The notes beneath the pieces are model-generated. The model ran no database searches and was not told the DNA's origin. It saw only the letters and a program-made list of their open reading frames with translations. The position numbers and the translations under genes are program-made. Shown here in pieces: positions 1-10,900 of a stretch of 64,000 nucleotides of DNA. The stretch lies in the NCBI GenBank assembly GCA_965219455.1, contig OZ244744.1:3776001-3840000 (forward strand), given 5' to 3'. The stretch comes from Candidatus Latescibacterota bacterium (GTDB lineage: Bacteria > Latescibacterota > UBA2968 > GCA-2709665). Each line of letters begins with the position of its first letter. The stretch's first letter is position 1.

Positions 1-224
1 GGCGACCAAAAGAATGCTGTTATTGAAGTAAGCGCCAAACCGTCTTGATGACCCCGACCGAAGGGACGTCACGGCGTCTAGCCAGGTGTTCGTAACGCCC
101 GTCCGCCGGGCGACGGGGCAGGTGGCGGCGGGTGTCTCGAAACGTCGCGAACGCAAGTGTCGAATTGTACGCTCGGACAACGTACCGGACCGAAATCGTC
201 GTCGAATCAAAGGAGTGTACCCGG

Positions 225-3200
225 ATGCTTCCCAAACGGACTCTGTTGTTGATCACCGCGATCGTCGTCGTCGCCTTTGCAGGGCAGGCATTTGCCGGCG
301 CCAATGCAAATGCCGTTTTGTCGCTTGACCTGATTCCCGGTGCGGGCGCCGGCAACCGGACGGATGATGGGATAACGTCGGGGACGGTTTCTGGCCGGGG
401 CACAACCATCGCTGTTGAGGTTTTCGCGACAGGCGTGAGGACGTCTCTGGCCGGGATGATCATCAAATTTGACTTTGACCCTTCGTTACTGTCGTATGAA
501 AAGGCCGAAAACAGCGCGTTCGCCCTCACGCTTCCGGAAGGTTCCGTTGGCACCCATCTGGCGGCGCAGAGTCCCGTGGCATTGGCGTCTTCGGGGTTTC
601 TGGCGCGCGCGGAGTTTTCAACCGTTGCCGACGTTACGGGCCGGCAGTTTTCCATGGGCATCGAGTCGGTTACACTCGCCGAGAGTCCGACCTCGAGCGA
701 CGTACTCAGAACAAACAGTGAGATCACGTTCAATTCCGCGCCCTCCCCCGATTTCGACGGTGATGATTTTGTTGGATTCTCTGACTTTCTTGTTTTCGCG
801 AGCGCGTTCGGGTCGCGGCAAGGGGACGGGAGGTACAATGCCGCACAAGACCTGAATACCGATGGTTCCGTTGACTTTACCGACTTTCTGATTTTCGCGC
901 AGAGCTTTGGAGGTCCGCCGCCGTCAACGGGCGGCGGTGGCGGCGGTGGCGGCGGCAACCCGGATCTCGTTGTTCAGTCGCCTTCGGTAAGCAGCACACG
1001 CGTGGCTGCGGGTGGTCCCTTTGCACTGAGCGCGACGGTACGCAACCTGGGCAGTGCCGCGTCCGCCGCCACAACGTTACGCTACTACCGCTCGACGGAC
1101 GCGACGATTACCACGAGTGACACTCAGGTTGGTACGGATGCGGTGCGAGGGCTTGCGGCTGCCGCCGGAAGCGCCATGTCGTTTAGTTTGATCGCTCCGA
1201 CGGATTCCGGCACCCACTACTACGGGGCTTGCGTCGACGCAGTGGCAGGGGAAGCCAATTCCGGAAACAACTGTTCGGCTTCCGTCGCCGTAACCGTAAC
1301 GACGCAGCCTCCGCCGCCGGCGGGAGCGTCGAAGCTCTACTGGACGGACTGGGGCACGGACAAGATTCAACGCGCCAACCTGGACGGCTCCGGGGTCGAA
1401 GACCTGGTCTCGGGCGGCGGGCTGGACGGGCCTGACGGATTGGCGCTGGATATGGCGGGCGGCAAGTTGTACTGGACGGACGCGGGCGCCAACAAGATCC
1501 AGCGAGCCGATCTCAATGGCTCAAACGTCGAAGACCTGGTCACCGGCCTGGGAATCCCGTACGGCCTGGCCCTGGACGTATCCGGCGGCAAGATGTACTG
1601 GACGAGCCGGCAGACGAACAAGATCCAGCGTGCCGATCTCGGCGGCGCCAATGTTGAAGACCTCGTCACCAGCGGCCTGATGTTCCCGGGCGGACTGGCG
1701 CTGGACGTATCGGCCGGCAAGATGTACTGGACGAACCCGGGCGTGAACAAGATTCAGCGGTCCAACCTGGATGGCTCGAGTGTCGAAGATCTCGTGACCA
1801 GCGGCGTCAGCAGTCCCACCGGCCTTGCGCTGGACGTGTCCGGCGGCAAGATGTACTGGACGGACCGGCGCTCGGACAAGATCCAGCGGTCCAACCTGAA
1901 CGGTTCCGGAGTCGAAGACCTGGTCACCAGCGGCCTGCACAGCCCGAACGGACTGGCTCTGGACGTATCTGCCGCCAAGATGTACTGGGCCGACGCGGGT
2001 ACGAACAAGGTGCAGCGCGCCAACCTGGACGGCTCAAACGTGGAAGACCTGGTTACGGGAGCCAACGGCCTGGTCGATCCGTCGGGGGTGGCGGTGGGGG
2101 CGTCGGCAACAGGTGGAGGCGGTTCCGGCAGCGGCGGAGGTGGAAACGGCGGCGGCGCCTCCGCGGACCTGACTGTAGAAACGCCCTCGGTTAACAACAA
2201 CAGACCTGCCGCCGGGTCGTCGTTTACGCTGAGTGCGACGGTCCGCAACACGGGCAATGGCTCGTCCGCGGCATCGACGTTACGATACTACCGCTCTTCG
2301 AACGCGACGATTTCCTGGCGTGACACGGAGGTCGGCACCGACGCCGTTGGCAGACTTGCGGCTTCCGGCGCCAGCGCCGAGTCGATTGACCTGACGGCGC
2401 CATCGGGTACCGGGACCTACTACTACGGGGCCTGTGTGGACGCGGTGTCGGGTGAATCCGATACCGGAAACAACTGCTCCGCTGCGGTTACAGTAACGGT
2501 TGGCGCGGCCCCTGCCGCTGACCTGGTCGTCGTATCCCCTTCGGTTGACAACAACAGTCCTGCCGCCGGGTCGTCGTTTACTTTGAGTGCGACGGTCCGC
2601 AACAGGGGCAATGGCTCGTCCGCGGCATCGACGTTACGATACTACCGCTCTTCGAACGCGACGATATCTGCGAGTGACACTGAAGTCGGAACGGACGCGG
2701 TGAGCGGACTTGCGGCTTCCGGCGCCAGCGCCGAGTCGATCGGGCTGACGGCGCCATCGGGTGCCGGGACCTACTACTACGGGGCCTGTGTGGACGCAGT
2801 GTCGGGTGAATCCGATACCGGAAACAACTGCTCCGCTGCGGTTACGGTAACCGTTGGCGCGGCCCCTGCCGCTGACCTGGTCGTCGTATCCCCTTCGGTT
2901 GACAACAACAGTCCTGCCGCCGGGGCGTCGTTTACTTTGAGTGCGACGGTCCGCAACCAGGGCAATGGCTCGTCCGCGGCATCGACGTTACGATACTACC
3001 GCTCTTCGAACGCGACGATATCTGCGGGTGACACTGAAGTCGGAACGGACGCGGTGAGCGGACTTGCGGCTTCCGGCACCAGCGCCGAGTCGATCGGGCT
3101 GACGGCGCCATCGGGTACCGGGACCTACTACTACGGCGCCTGTGTGGACGCGGTCTCGGGTGAATCCGATACCGGAAACAACTGCTCCGCTGCGGTTACG

Positions 3201-4967
3201 GTAACCGTTGGCGCGGCCCCTGCCGCTGACCTGGTCGTCGTATCCCCTTCGGTTGACAACAACAGTCCTGCCGCCGGGTCGTCGTTTACTTTGAGTGCGA
3301 CGGTCCGCAACGGCGGCAATGGCCCGTCCGCGGCATCGACGTTACGATACTACCGCTCTTCGAACACGACGATATCTGCGGGTGACACTGAAGTGGGAAC
3401 GGACGCCGTTGGCGGGCTTGTGGCTTCCGGCGTCAGCGCCGAGTCGATTGGATTGACGGCTCCATCGGGTGCCGGGACCTACTACTACGGCGCCTGTGTG
3501 GACGCAGTGTCGGGTGAATCCGATACCGGAAACAACTGCTCCGCTGCGGTTACAGTAACCGTTGGCGCGGCCCCTGCCGCTGACCTGGTCGTTGTATCCC
3601 CTTCGGTTGACAACAACAGTCCTGCCGCCGGGGCGTCGTTTACGCTGAGTGCGACGGTCCGCAACCAGGGCAATGGCTCGTCCGCGGCATCGACGTTGCG
3701 CTATTACCGCTCTTCGGACGCGACGATATCTGCGGGTGACACCGCAGTCGGAACGGACGCCGTTGGCGGACTTGCGGCTTCCGGCGCCAGCGCCGAGTCG
3801 ATTGACCTGACGGCTCCATCGAATCCCGGAACCTACTATTACGGGGCCTGTGTGGATGCGGTGTCGGGCGAGTCGGACACAAGAAACAACTGCTCCTCCG
3901 CTGTGAGCGTCACAGTCGCGTCCCAGCCGCCGCCGCCCACGGTAGCCTCAAAGCTTTACTGGACGGACTGGGGTACCGACAAGATCCAGCGCGGCGATCT
4001 GGATGGCTCGAACGTCGAAGACCTGGTGAGCAGCGCGGGACTCGATGGACCCGACGGGTTGGCCCTGGATATGGCGGGCGGCAAGATGTACTGGACGGAC
4101 GCGGGTACGGCAAAGATCCAGCGGTCGGATCTGGACGGCTCCAACGTTGAAGACCTGGTTACCAGCGGACTGAGCGTACCGTACGGACTGGCCCTTGACG
4201 TGTCAGGCGACAAGATGTACTGGACAGATCGGCAGAACGGAAAGATCCAGCGCGCCGATCTGGATGGTTCCAATGTTGAAGACCTCCTCACCCTGGCCGG
4301 CCTGGCATTTCCAGGTGAAATCGCGCTGGACGTGTCCGGAGGCAAGATGTACTGGACGAACCCGGGGTCGGACAAGATCCAGCGCGCGGATCTGGACGGC
4401 TCCAACATTGAAGACCTGGTTACCACAGGTCTGAGCAGCCCCACGGGTCTGGCTCTGGACGTGGCAAATGACAAGATGTATTGGACGGACCGCGGTACAC
4501 ACAAGATTCAGCGCGCCGGTCTCGACGGTTCCAGCGTCGAAGACCTGGTCACCAGCGGCCTTACAACCCCCAACGGGTTGGACCTGGACGTGTCCGGTGG
4601 CAAGATGTACTGGACGGACGTCGACGCAAACAAGGTCCAGCGCGCGGATCTCAATGGATCCAACGTCGAAGACCTCCTCACCAGCGCCGACGGACTGGTC
4701 GATCCTTCGGGTCTCGCTGTAGGCGCCGTCAGCAACAGCAGCGGGGGAACCTATGGCGTTGGTGACGCACTCCCGAATTTCCCAACCGGCTTCTTTGTTC
4801 CACGGCTTCTTCGGAATGCAAACCTTACAATAAGCGGCGGGCGCGCGGTACTCAGCTTTCAGAATGGCGGCCTGATCGAGCTTCAGGATGGAACCCGTTA
4901 TACCTGTGTCGCCGCCGCCGGATGCAGCATCGAGGGCGGACGCGTCACCAGGGGCGCCTTTGAATAG
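225..4967 (+). CDS. Secreted scaffoldin-like protein: cohesin-like + dockerin-like (class B) + CARDB + YWTD propeller + 5x CARDB + YWTD propeller + small C-terminal domain
   Basis: ORF 132..4967; the likely start is ATG225, after AGGAG at 211-215, with signal peptide MLPKRTLLLITAIVVVAFAGQAFA. Shows cohesin-like pattern IAVEVFA-GV-xLxG-xKFxFDPSLL...GFLARAEF, EF-hand pair DFDGDDFVGFSDF...DLNTDGSVDFTDF, CARDB motif DLVVxSPSV...ATVRNxG...YYGACVD, and two sets of six YWTD repeats. Confidence 0.85.
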   Translation: MLPKRTLLLITAIVVVAFAGQAFAGANANAVLSLDLIPGAGAGNRTDDGITSGTVSGRGTTIAVEVFATGVRTSLAGMIIKFDFDPSLLSYEKAENSAFALTLPEGSVGTHLAAQSPVALASSGFLARAEFSTVADVTGRQFSMGIESVTLAESPTSSDVLRTNSEITFNSAPSPDFDGDDFVGFSDFLVFASAFGSRQGDGRYNAAQDLNTDGSVDFTDFLIFAQSFGGPPPSTGGGGGGGGGNPDLVVQSPSVSSTRVAAGGPFALSATVRNLGSAASAATTLRYYRSTDATITTSDTQVGTDAVRGLAAAAGSAMSFSLIAPTDSGTHYYGACVDAVAGEANSGNNCSASVAVTVTTQPPPPAGASKLYWTDWGTDKIQRANLDGSGVEDLVSGGGLDGPDGLALDMAGGKLYWTDAGANKIQRADLNGSNVEDLVTGLGIPYGLALDVSGGKMYWTSRQTNKIQRADLGGANVEDLVTSGLMFPGGLALDVSAGKMYWTNPGVNKIQRSNLDGSSVEDLVTSGVSSPTGLALDVSGGKMYWTDRRSDKIQRSNLNGSGVEDLVTSGLHSPNGLALDVSAAKMYWADAGTNKVQRANLDGSNVEDLVTGANGLVDPSGVAVGASATGGGGSGSGGGGNGGGASADLTVETPSVNNNRPAAGSSFTLSATVRNTGNGSSAASTLRYYRSSNATISWRDTEVGTDAVGRLAASGASAESIDLTAPSGTGTYYYGACVDAVSGESDTGNNCSAAVTVTVGAAPAADLVVVSPSVDNNSPAAGSSFTLSATVRNRGNGSSAASTLRYYRSSNATISASDTEVGTDAVSGLAASGASAESIGLTAPSGAGTYYYGACVDAVSGESDTGNNCSAAVTVTVGAAPAADLVVVSPSVDNNSPAAGASFTLSATVRNQGNGSSAASTLRYYRSSNATISAGDTEVGTDAVSGLAASGTSAESIGLTAPSGTGTYYYGACVDAVSGESDTGNNCSAAVTVTVGAAPAADLVVVSPSVDNNSPAAGSSFTLSATVRNGGNGPSAASTLRYYRSSNTTISAGDTEVGTDAVGGLVASGVSAESIGLTAPSGAGTYYYGACVDAVSGESDTGNNCSAAVTVTVGAAPAADLVVVSPSVDNNSPAAGASFTLSATVRNQGNGSSAASTLRYYRSSDATISAGDTAVGTDAVGGLAASGASAESIDLTAPSNPGTYYYGACVDAVSGESDTRNNCSSAVSVTVASQPPPPTVASKLYWTDWGTDKIQRGDLDGSNVEDLVSSAGLDGPDGLALDMAGGKMYWTDAGTAKIQRSDLDGSNVEDLVTSGLSVPYGLALDVSGDKMYWTDRQNGKIQRADLDGSNVEDLLTLAGLAFPGEIALDVSGGKMYWTNPGSDKIQRADLDGSNIEDLVTTGLSSPTGLALDVANDKMYWTDRGTHKIQRAGLDGSSVEDLVTSGLTTPNGLDLDVSGGKMYWTDVDANKVQRADLNGSNVEDLLTSADGLVDPSGLAVGAVSNSSGGTYGVGDALPNFPTGFFVPRLLRNANLTISGGRAVLSFQNGGLIELQDGTRYTCVAAAGCSIEGGRVTRGAFE
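2164..3920 (+). repeat. Five tandem 354-bp (118-aa) CARDB repeats
   Basis: Near-identical units; the period is confirmed by shadow ORFs at 2423/2777/3131/3485. Confidence 0.9.
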
Positions 4968-4980
4968 GGGTAGCTGACTT

Positions 4981-7900
4981 ATGAAATGGCCAATTACGAA
5001 TCGGCAATTCGTCTTGATGTCACTGGTTGTCGTCTTGATGGCATTTGCCATGCCGGGTTTGGGTTACGCCCAGGGAAACAGCCCGTCGGTGACGGCTTCG
5101 ACAGCGTCGCCGTTAACGGAAGGGTCGCTGGATGGCAGCGTGGTAACGCTGACGCTATCGGGCGGCGCCTACGCGAGTTCCATCTTCGACGTTCGGCGAG
5201 GTGTGTCGGTATCGGGCATTCCGGGCGTGAGCGTGGGTACGTTCGGGATAACCCGCGTTAACGATACGAAATTGACGATAGAACTGGACTTCAACGGTGA
5301 CTTCGACGAAGACGAGACGTTGACGTTCACGGTGGGCGCGGGGGCCATAGCGAACTACAGCGGCGCGGCCCTGACCGCGGAGTTGTCGGTCAGCGCGGCT
5401 ATAGAATCGGTGACTGCGTCAACAACCTCCCCGTTGACCGAGGCAACGCTTGACGGGAGCGTGGTGACGTTGACGCTGGCCGGACGCGCTTACGCGAGTT
5501 CCATCTTCGACGTTCGTGACGGGGTGTCGGTATCGGGCATTGCGGGCGTGAGCGTGGGTACGTTCGGCGTAACGCGCTTGAGCGACACCAAGGTGACGGT
5601 TGAACTCGACTTCAACGGAGATATCGACAGTGACGGAACGTTGACGTTTACCGTCGGCGCCGACGCGATCGCGGACTACAACGGCGCAGCCCTGACCGCG
5701 GAGTTGTCGGTCAGCGCGGGTATGGAATCGGTGACGGCGTCGACGACGTCGCCGTTGACGGAGTCGACGCTGCATGGCAGCGTGGTGACGCTGACGCTTT
5801 CTGGCGGCAGGTACGCGAGTTCCATCTTCGACGTCCGGGATGGGGTGTCGGTATCGGGCATTGCGGGCGTGAGCGTGGGTACGTTCGGCGTGCAGCGCGT
5901 GAGCGATACGAAGGTGACGGTTGAGCTCGACTTCAACGGCGATATCGACTCGAACGGTACGCTGACGTTCACGGTAGGCGCCGACGCGATCGCGAACTAC
6001 AGCGGCCCCGCGCTCACGGACCAACTGCCTGTCACGGCGAGCATGGAATCGGTGACGGCGACGACGGCGTCACCGTTGACGGAAGGGACGCTGAACGGGA
6101 GCGTGGTGACGTTGACGCTTTCTGGCGGCAGGTACGCAAGTTCCATCTTCGACGTCCGTGACGGGGTGTCGGTATCGGGCGTTGCGGGCGTGAGCGTGGG
6201 TACGTTCGGCGTAACGCGCTTGAGCGATACGAAGGTGAGGGTTGAACTGACGTTCAACGGCGATATCGACTCGAACGGCACGCTGACGTTCACGGTAGGC
6301 GCCGACGCGATCGCGAACTACAGCGGCCCCGCGCTCACGGACCAACTGCCTGTCACGGCGAGCATGGAATCGGTGACGGCGACGACGGTGTCACCGTTGA
6401 CGGAAGGGACGCTGAACGGGAGCGTGGTGACGTTGACGCTGTCGGGCGCCAGATACGCGAGTTCCATCTTCGACGTCCGTGACGGGGTGTCGGTATCGGG
6501 CGTTGCGGGCGTGAGCGTGGGTACGTTCGGCGTAACGCGCTTGAGCGATACGAAGGTGAGGGTTGAACTGACGTTCAACGGCGATATCGACTCGAACGGC
6601 ACGCTGACGTTCACGGTAGGCGCCGACGCGCTCGCGAACTACAGCGGCCCCGCGCTCACGGACCAACTGCCTGTCACGGCGAGCATGGAATCGGTGACGG
6701 CGACGACGGTGTCACCGTTGACGGAAGGGACGCTGAATGGGAGCGTGGTGACGTTGACGCTTTCTGGCGGCAGGTACGCGAGTTCCATCTTCGACGTCCG
6801 TGACGGGGTGTCGGTATCGGGCGTTGCGGGCGTGAGCGTGGGCACGTTCGGCGTGCGGCGCGTGAGCGATACGAAGGTGACGGTTGAACTGACGTTCAAC
6901 GGCGATATCGACTCGAACGGCACGCTGACGTTCACGGTAGGCGCCGACGCGCTCGCGAACTACAGCGGCCCCGCGCTCACGGACCAACTGCCTGTCACGG
7001 CGAGCATGGAATCGGTGACGGCGACGACGGTGTCACCGTTGACGGAAGGGACGCTGGACGGGAGCGTGGTGACGTTGACGCTGTCGGGCGCCAGATACGC
7101 GAGTTCCATCTTCGACGTCCGTGACGGGGTGTCGGTATCGGGCGTTGCGGGCGTGAGCGTGGGCACGTTCGGCGTGCAGCGCGTGAGCGATACGAAGGTG
7201 ACGGTTGAGCTCGACTTCAACGGCGATATCGACTCGAACGGTACGCTGACGTTTACGGTAGGCGCCGACGCGCTCGCGAACTACAGCGGCCCCGCGCTCA
7301 CGGACCAACTGCCTGTCACGGCGAGCATGGAATCGGTGACGGCGACGACGACGTCGCCGTTGACGGAAGGGACGCTGGACGGGAGCGTGGTGACGTTAAC
7401 GCTGTCGGGCGCCAAATACGCGAGGTCTACGTTCGACGTCCGTGACGGGGTGTCGGTATCGGGCGTTGCGGGCGTGAGCGTGGGCACGTTCGGCGTGCAG
7501 CGCGTGAGCGATACGAAGGTGACGGTTGAACTGACGTTCAACGGCGATATCGACTCGAACGGCACGCTGACGTTCACGGTAGGCGCCGACGCGCTCGCGA
7601 ACTACAGCGGCCCCGCGCTCACGGACCAGGTGTCTGTAACTGCGCTGGAGGAAACGGTTGTTGCGACAACGCCGCAGTCGTTGACGGAGGCAACGTTGAA
7701 CGGGAGCGTGGTGACGTTGACGCTTTCCGGTCGTTCGTACGCGAGTTCCATCTTCGACGTTCGGAGAGCCGTGACCGTCTCAGGAATCATGGGCGTAAGC
7801 GTGGGGACATTCGGGATCCAGCGCGCCAGCGACACAAAAGTGACGGTAACGCTCACGTACAACGGTGACATCGACGCGGACGGCACGTTGACGTTCACCG

Positions 7901-10900
7901 TGGGCGCTGGTGCGATCTCGAATTACAGCGGCGCCGCGCTGACGGCGCAGTTGCCGGTGAGCGCGGGGATGGAGTCGGTGACGGCGACGACGGTGTCACC
8001 GTTGACGGAAGCGACGTTGAACGGGAGCGTGGTGACGCTGACGTTGACTGGCGGTGCGTACGAGAGTTCCATTCACGTCGTGCGGCGCGGCGTGTCGGTA
8101 TCGGGTATAACGGGCGTGAGCGTTGGCACGTTCGGCATTCAACGCGTGAGCGACACGAAGGTAACGGTCGAGCTCACGTTCAACGGCGATATCGACGCGG
8201 ACGGTACGCTGACGTTCACCGTGGGCGCGGGGGCAATCGCGAGCTACAGCGGCGCCGCGCTGACGGCGCAGTTGCCGGTGAGCGCGGGGATGGAGTCGGT
8301 GACGGCGACGACGGTGTCACCGTTGACGGAAGCGACGTTGAACGGGAGCGTGGTGACATTGACGCTTTCTGGCGGTGCGTACGAGAGTTCCATTCACGTC
8401 GTGCGGCGAGGCGTGTCGGTATCGGGGATTACGGACGTGAGCGTGGAGTGGAACGGCGTGGACCGTATAAGCGATACGAAGGTAACGGTCGAACTGTCGT
8501 TTAGCGGCGATATCGACGCGGACGGTTCGCTGACGTTCACCGTGGGCGCGGGGGCAATCGCAAATTACAGCGGCCCCTCGTTGACCGACCACGTGTCTGT
8601 AACAGCGCTTGAGGAAACCGTTATTGCCACAGTGCCACAGTTATTGACGGAAGCGACGTTGAACGGGAGCGTGGTGACATTGACGCTTTCTGGATGCGCA
8701 TACGTGTCTTCCACTCACGACGTGCGTGACGGGGTGTCGGTATCGGGGATTGCGGGCGTGAGCGTTGGCGAGCAGAACGTGGACCGTATAAGCGATACGA
8801 AGGTAACGGTCGAGCTGTCGTTTAGCGGCAACATCGACAACGACGGCAGGTTGACGTTCACGGTGGGCGCCGGGGCGATCGCGAACTACAGCGGCGAACC
8901 ACTCGTTGCGTCATTGCCCGTGACCGCCGAGGCCGGCGGCGGAACCAATCAGGTACCCACGTTCAGTGCCGGCTCACACGCCACGCGCAGCTTCGCCGAA
9001 AACACGGGCGCTGGACAGAACATAGGCAGCCCGGTGGGTGCGACGGATAGCGACGGCGGAACACTGACCTACAGCCTTGAGGGCACGAACGCGGCGAGTT
9101 TCACGCTCGTTTCAACCAGCGGTCAGCTACAGACGAAAGCGGGCGTCACCTACGACTACGAGGTGAAGAACCGCTATGAGGTTACGGTGCGGGTGTCCGA
9201 CGGCCAGGGTGGCAGTACCACGATAGACGTGACCGTCAACCTGACCGACGTGAGCGAACCGCAGCCGAATCCGGAGCTCTATTGGACGGACTTGTCCGAA
9301 GACAGGATCCAGCGCGCCGATCTGGACGGCTCGAACGTCGAAGACCTGATCACCAGCGGTTTGGACGGCCCCGTCGGTCTGGCGCTGGACGTTGCCGCCG
9401 GCAAGATGTACTGGACGGAATGGGAAAGAAACAAGATTCGGCGCGCCAACCTGGACGGGTCCGGCGCCGAAGACCTCATCACCAGCGGGCGCGCCCCCGT
9501 CTGGCTGGCGCTGGACGTGCCCGGCGGCAAGATATACTGGACGGACTGGGGTAGGGACAGGATCCGGCGTGCGGACCTGGACGGTTCGAACGTCGAAGAC
9601 CTGGTTACGACGGGTCTGAACAGTCCGGCAGGCCTGGTTCTGGACGTGCCCGGCGGGAAAATGTACTGGACGGACTCGTCCGAGGACAAGATCCAGCGCG
9701 CCAACCTGGACGGTTCGAACGTTGAAGACCTGATTACCAGCGGTCTTGGCAGTCCCAGTGGGCTGGCGCTGGACGTGGCGAGCGGCAAGATGTACTGGAC
9801 GGATCGCGAAAGGGGCGAGATCCGGCGTGCGGACCTGAGTGGCGCCAATATCGAAGACGTTATCACACGTGGTCTGAACAAGCCCTACGAGGTGGACCTG
9901 GATCTGGCCGCGGGCAAGATGTACTGGACCGACCTCGACACCGACAAGATCCAGCGCGCCAACCTGGACGGCTCGAACGTCGAAGACCTCGTCACCCGCG
10001 CCGACGGACTGGAAGATCCATCCGGCCTGGCCCTGGCGGTTGCCGCCGCCCCCACGCCGCCGGCGCCGCAGGGACCGTGCGCAACCGGGAGCGCGGTGCC
10101 GAACCCGGCTGCCAACCCGTGGCTGGTATCCGACTGCAATGCCCTGCTCGATGCCCGGGATACCCTGGCAGGCACGGCGACGCTGAACTGGTCGGAAAAC
10201 ACACTTATATCCACCTGGGACGGCGTTACGCTCAGCGGGACGCCGCAACGCGTAACGAATTTGAGACTTTGGAACGAGAGCTTGAATGGAACGATACCGG
10301 CTGAGTTGAGCCGCCTGACCGGCCTGAAAGCGCTATACCTCGCGTTCAACCAGTTGACAGGGACCATACCGGCGGAGTTGGGCACGATGACCGGCCTGAC
10401 GCACCTGGGCCTGATGAATAACCGGTTGACCGGGCAAATCCCAGCAGAACTGCGAAACCTGACCGACCTGCGGCAGTTTGCCCTTCAGAACAACCAGTTG
10501 ACCGGTACGATCCCCGCGTGGTTGGGTAGCCTGCCCCAATTGCGCATACTGAACCTGCAGGGCAACCGGATGACCGGGCCGATTCCGGCGGAACTCGGTC
10601 GCCTGTCCGAATTGTGGCAGTTGCTCATCTTCGGTAATCAGTTGACCGGTACGATCCCGGCGGAACTTGGTAACCTGAATCTGCTGCAGGAAGTGCGCCT
10701 AGACGATAACCAGCTGACGGGGTCCATACCCTCATCGTTCAGCAGTCTGACAAAGTTGACATTATTGTACCTCGCCGGCAACACCCTGACAGGGTGCATC
10801 CCGGTGGTCCTGCGGGACGTCTCCAGCAACGACCTGGACAAGCTTAATTTGCCAGACTGTACCGGGTCGCAAGGACAGGTCACAGCCGACTTCAACGGCG

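Noticed and set aside
1-48. Possible 3' end of an upstream CDS (GDQKNAVIEVSAKPS-stop)
   Set aside because: Too short to support or identify from this window.
2164-8930. Regularly spaced repeats as a CRISPR array
   Set aside because: Units are 354 and 321 bp, in frame and coding, with no unique spacers and no cas genes.
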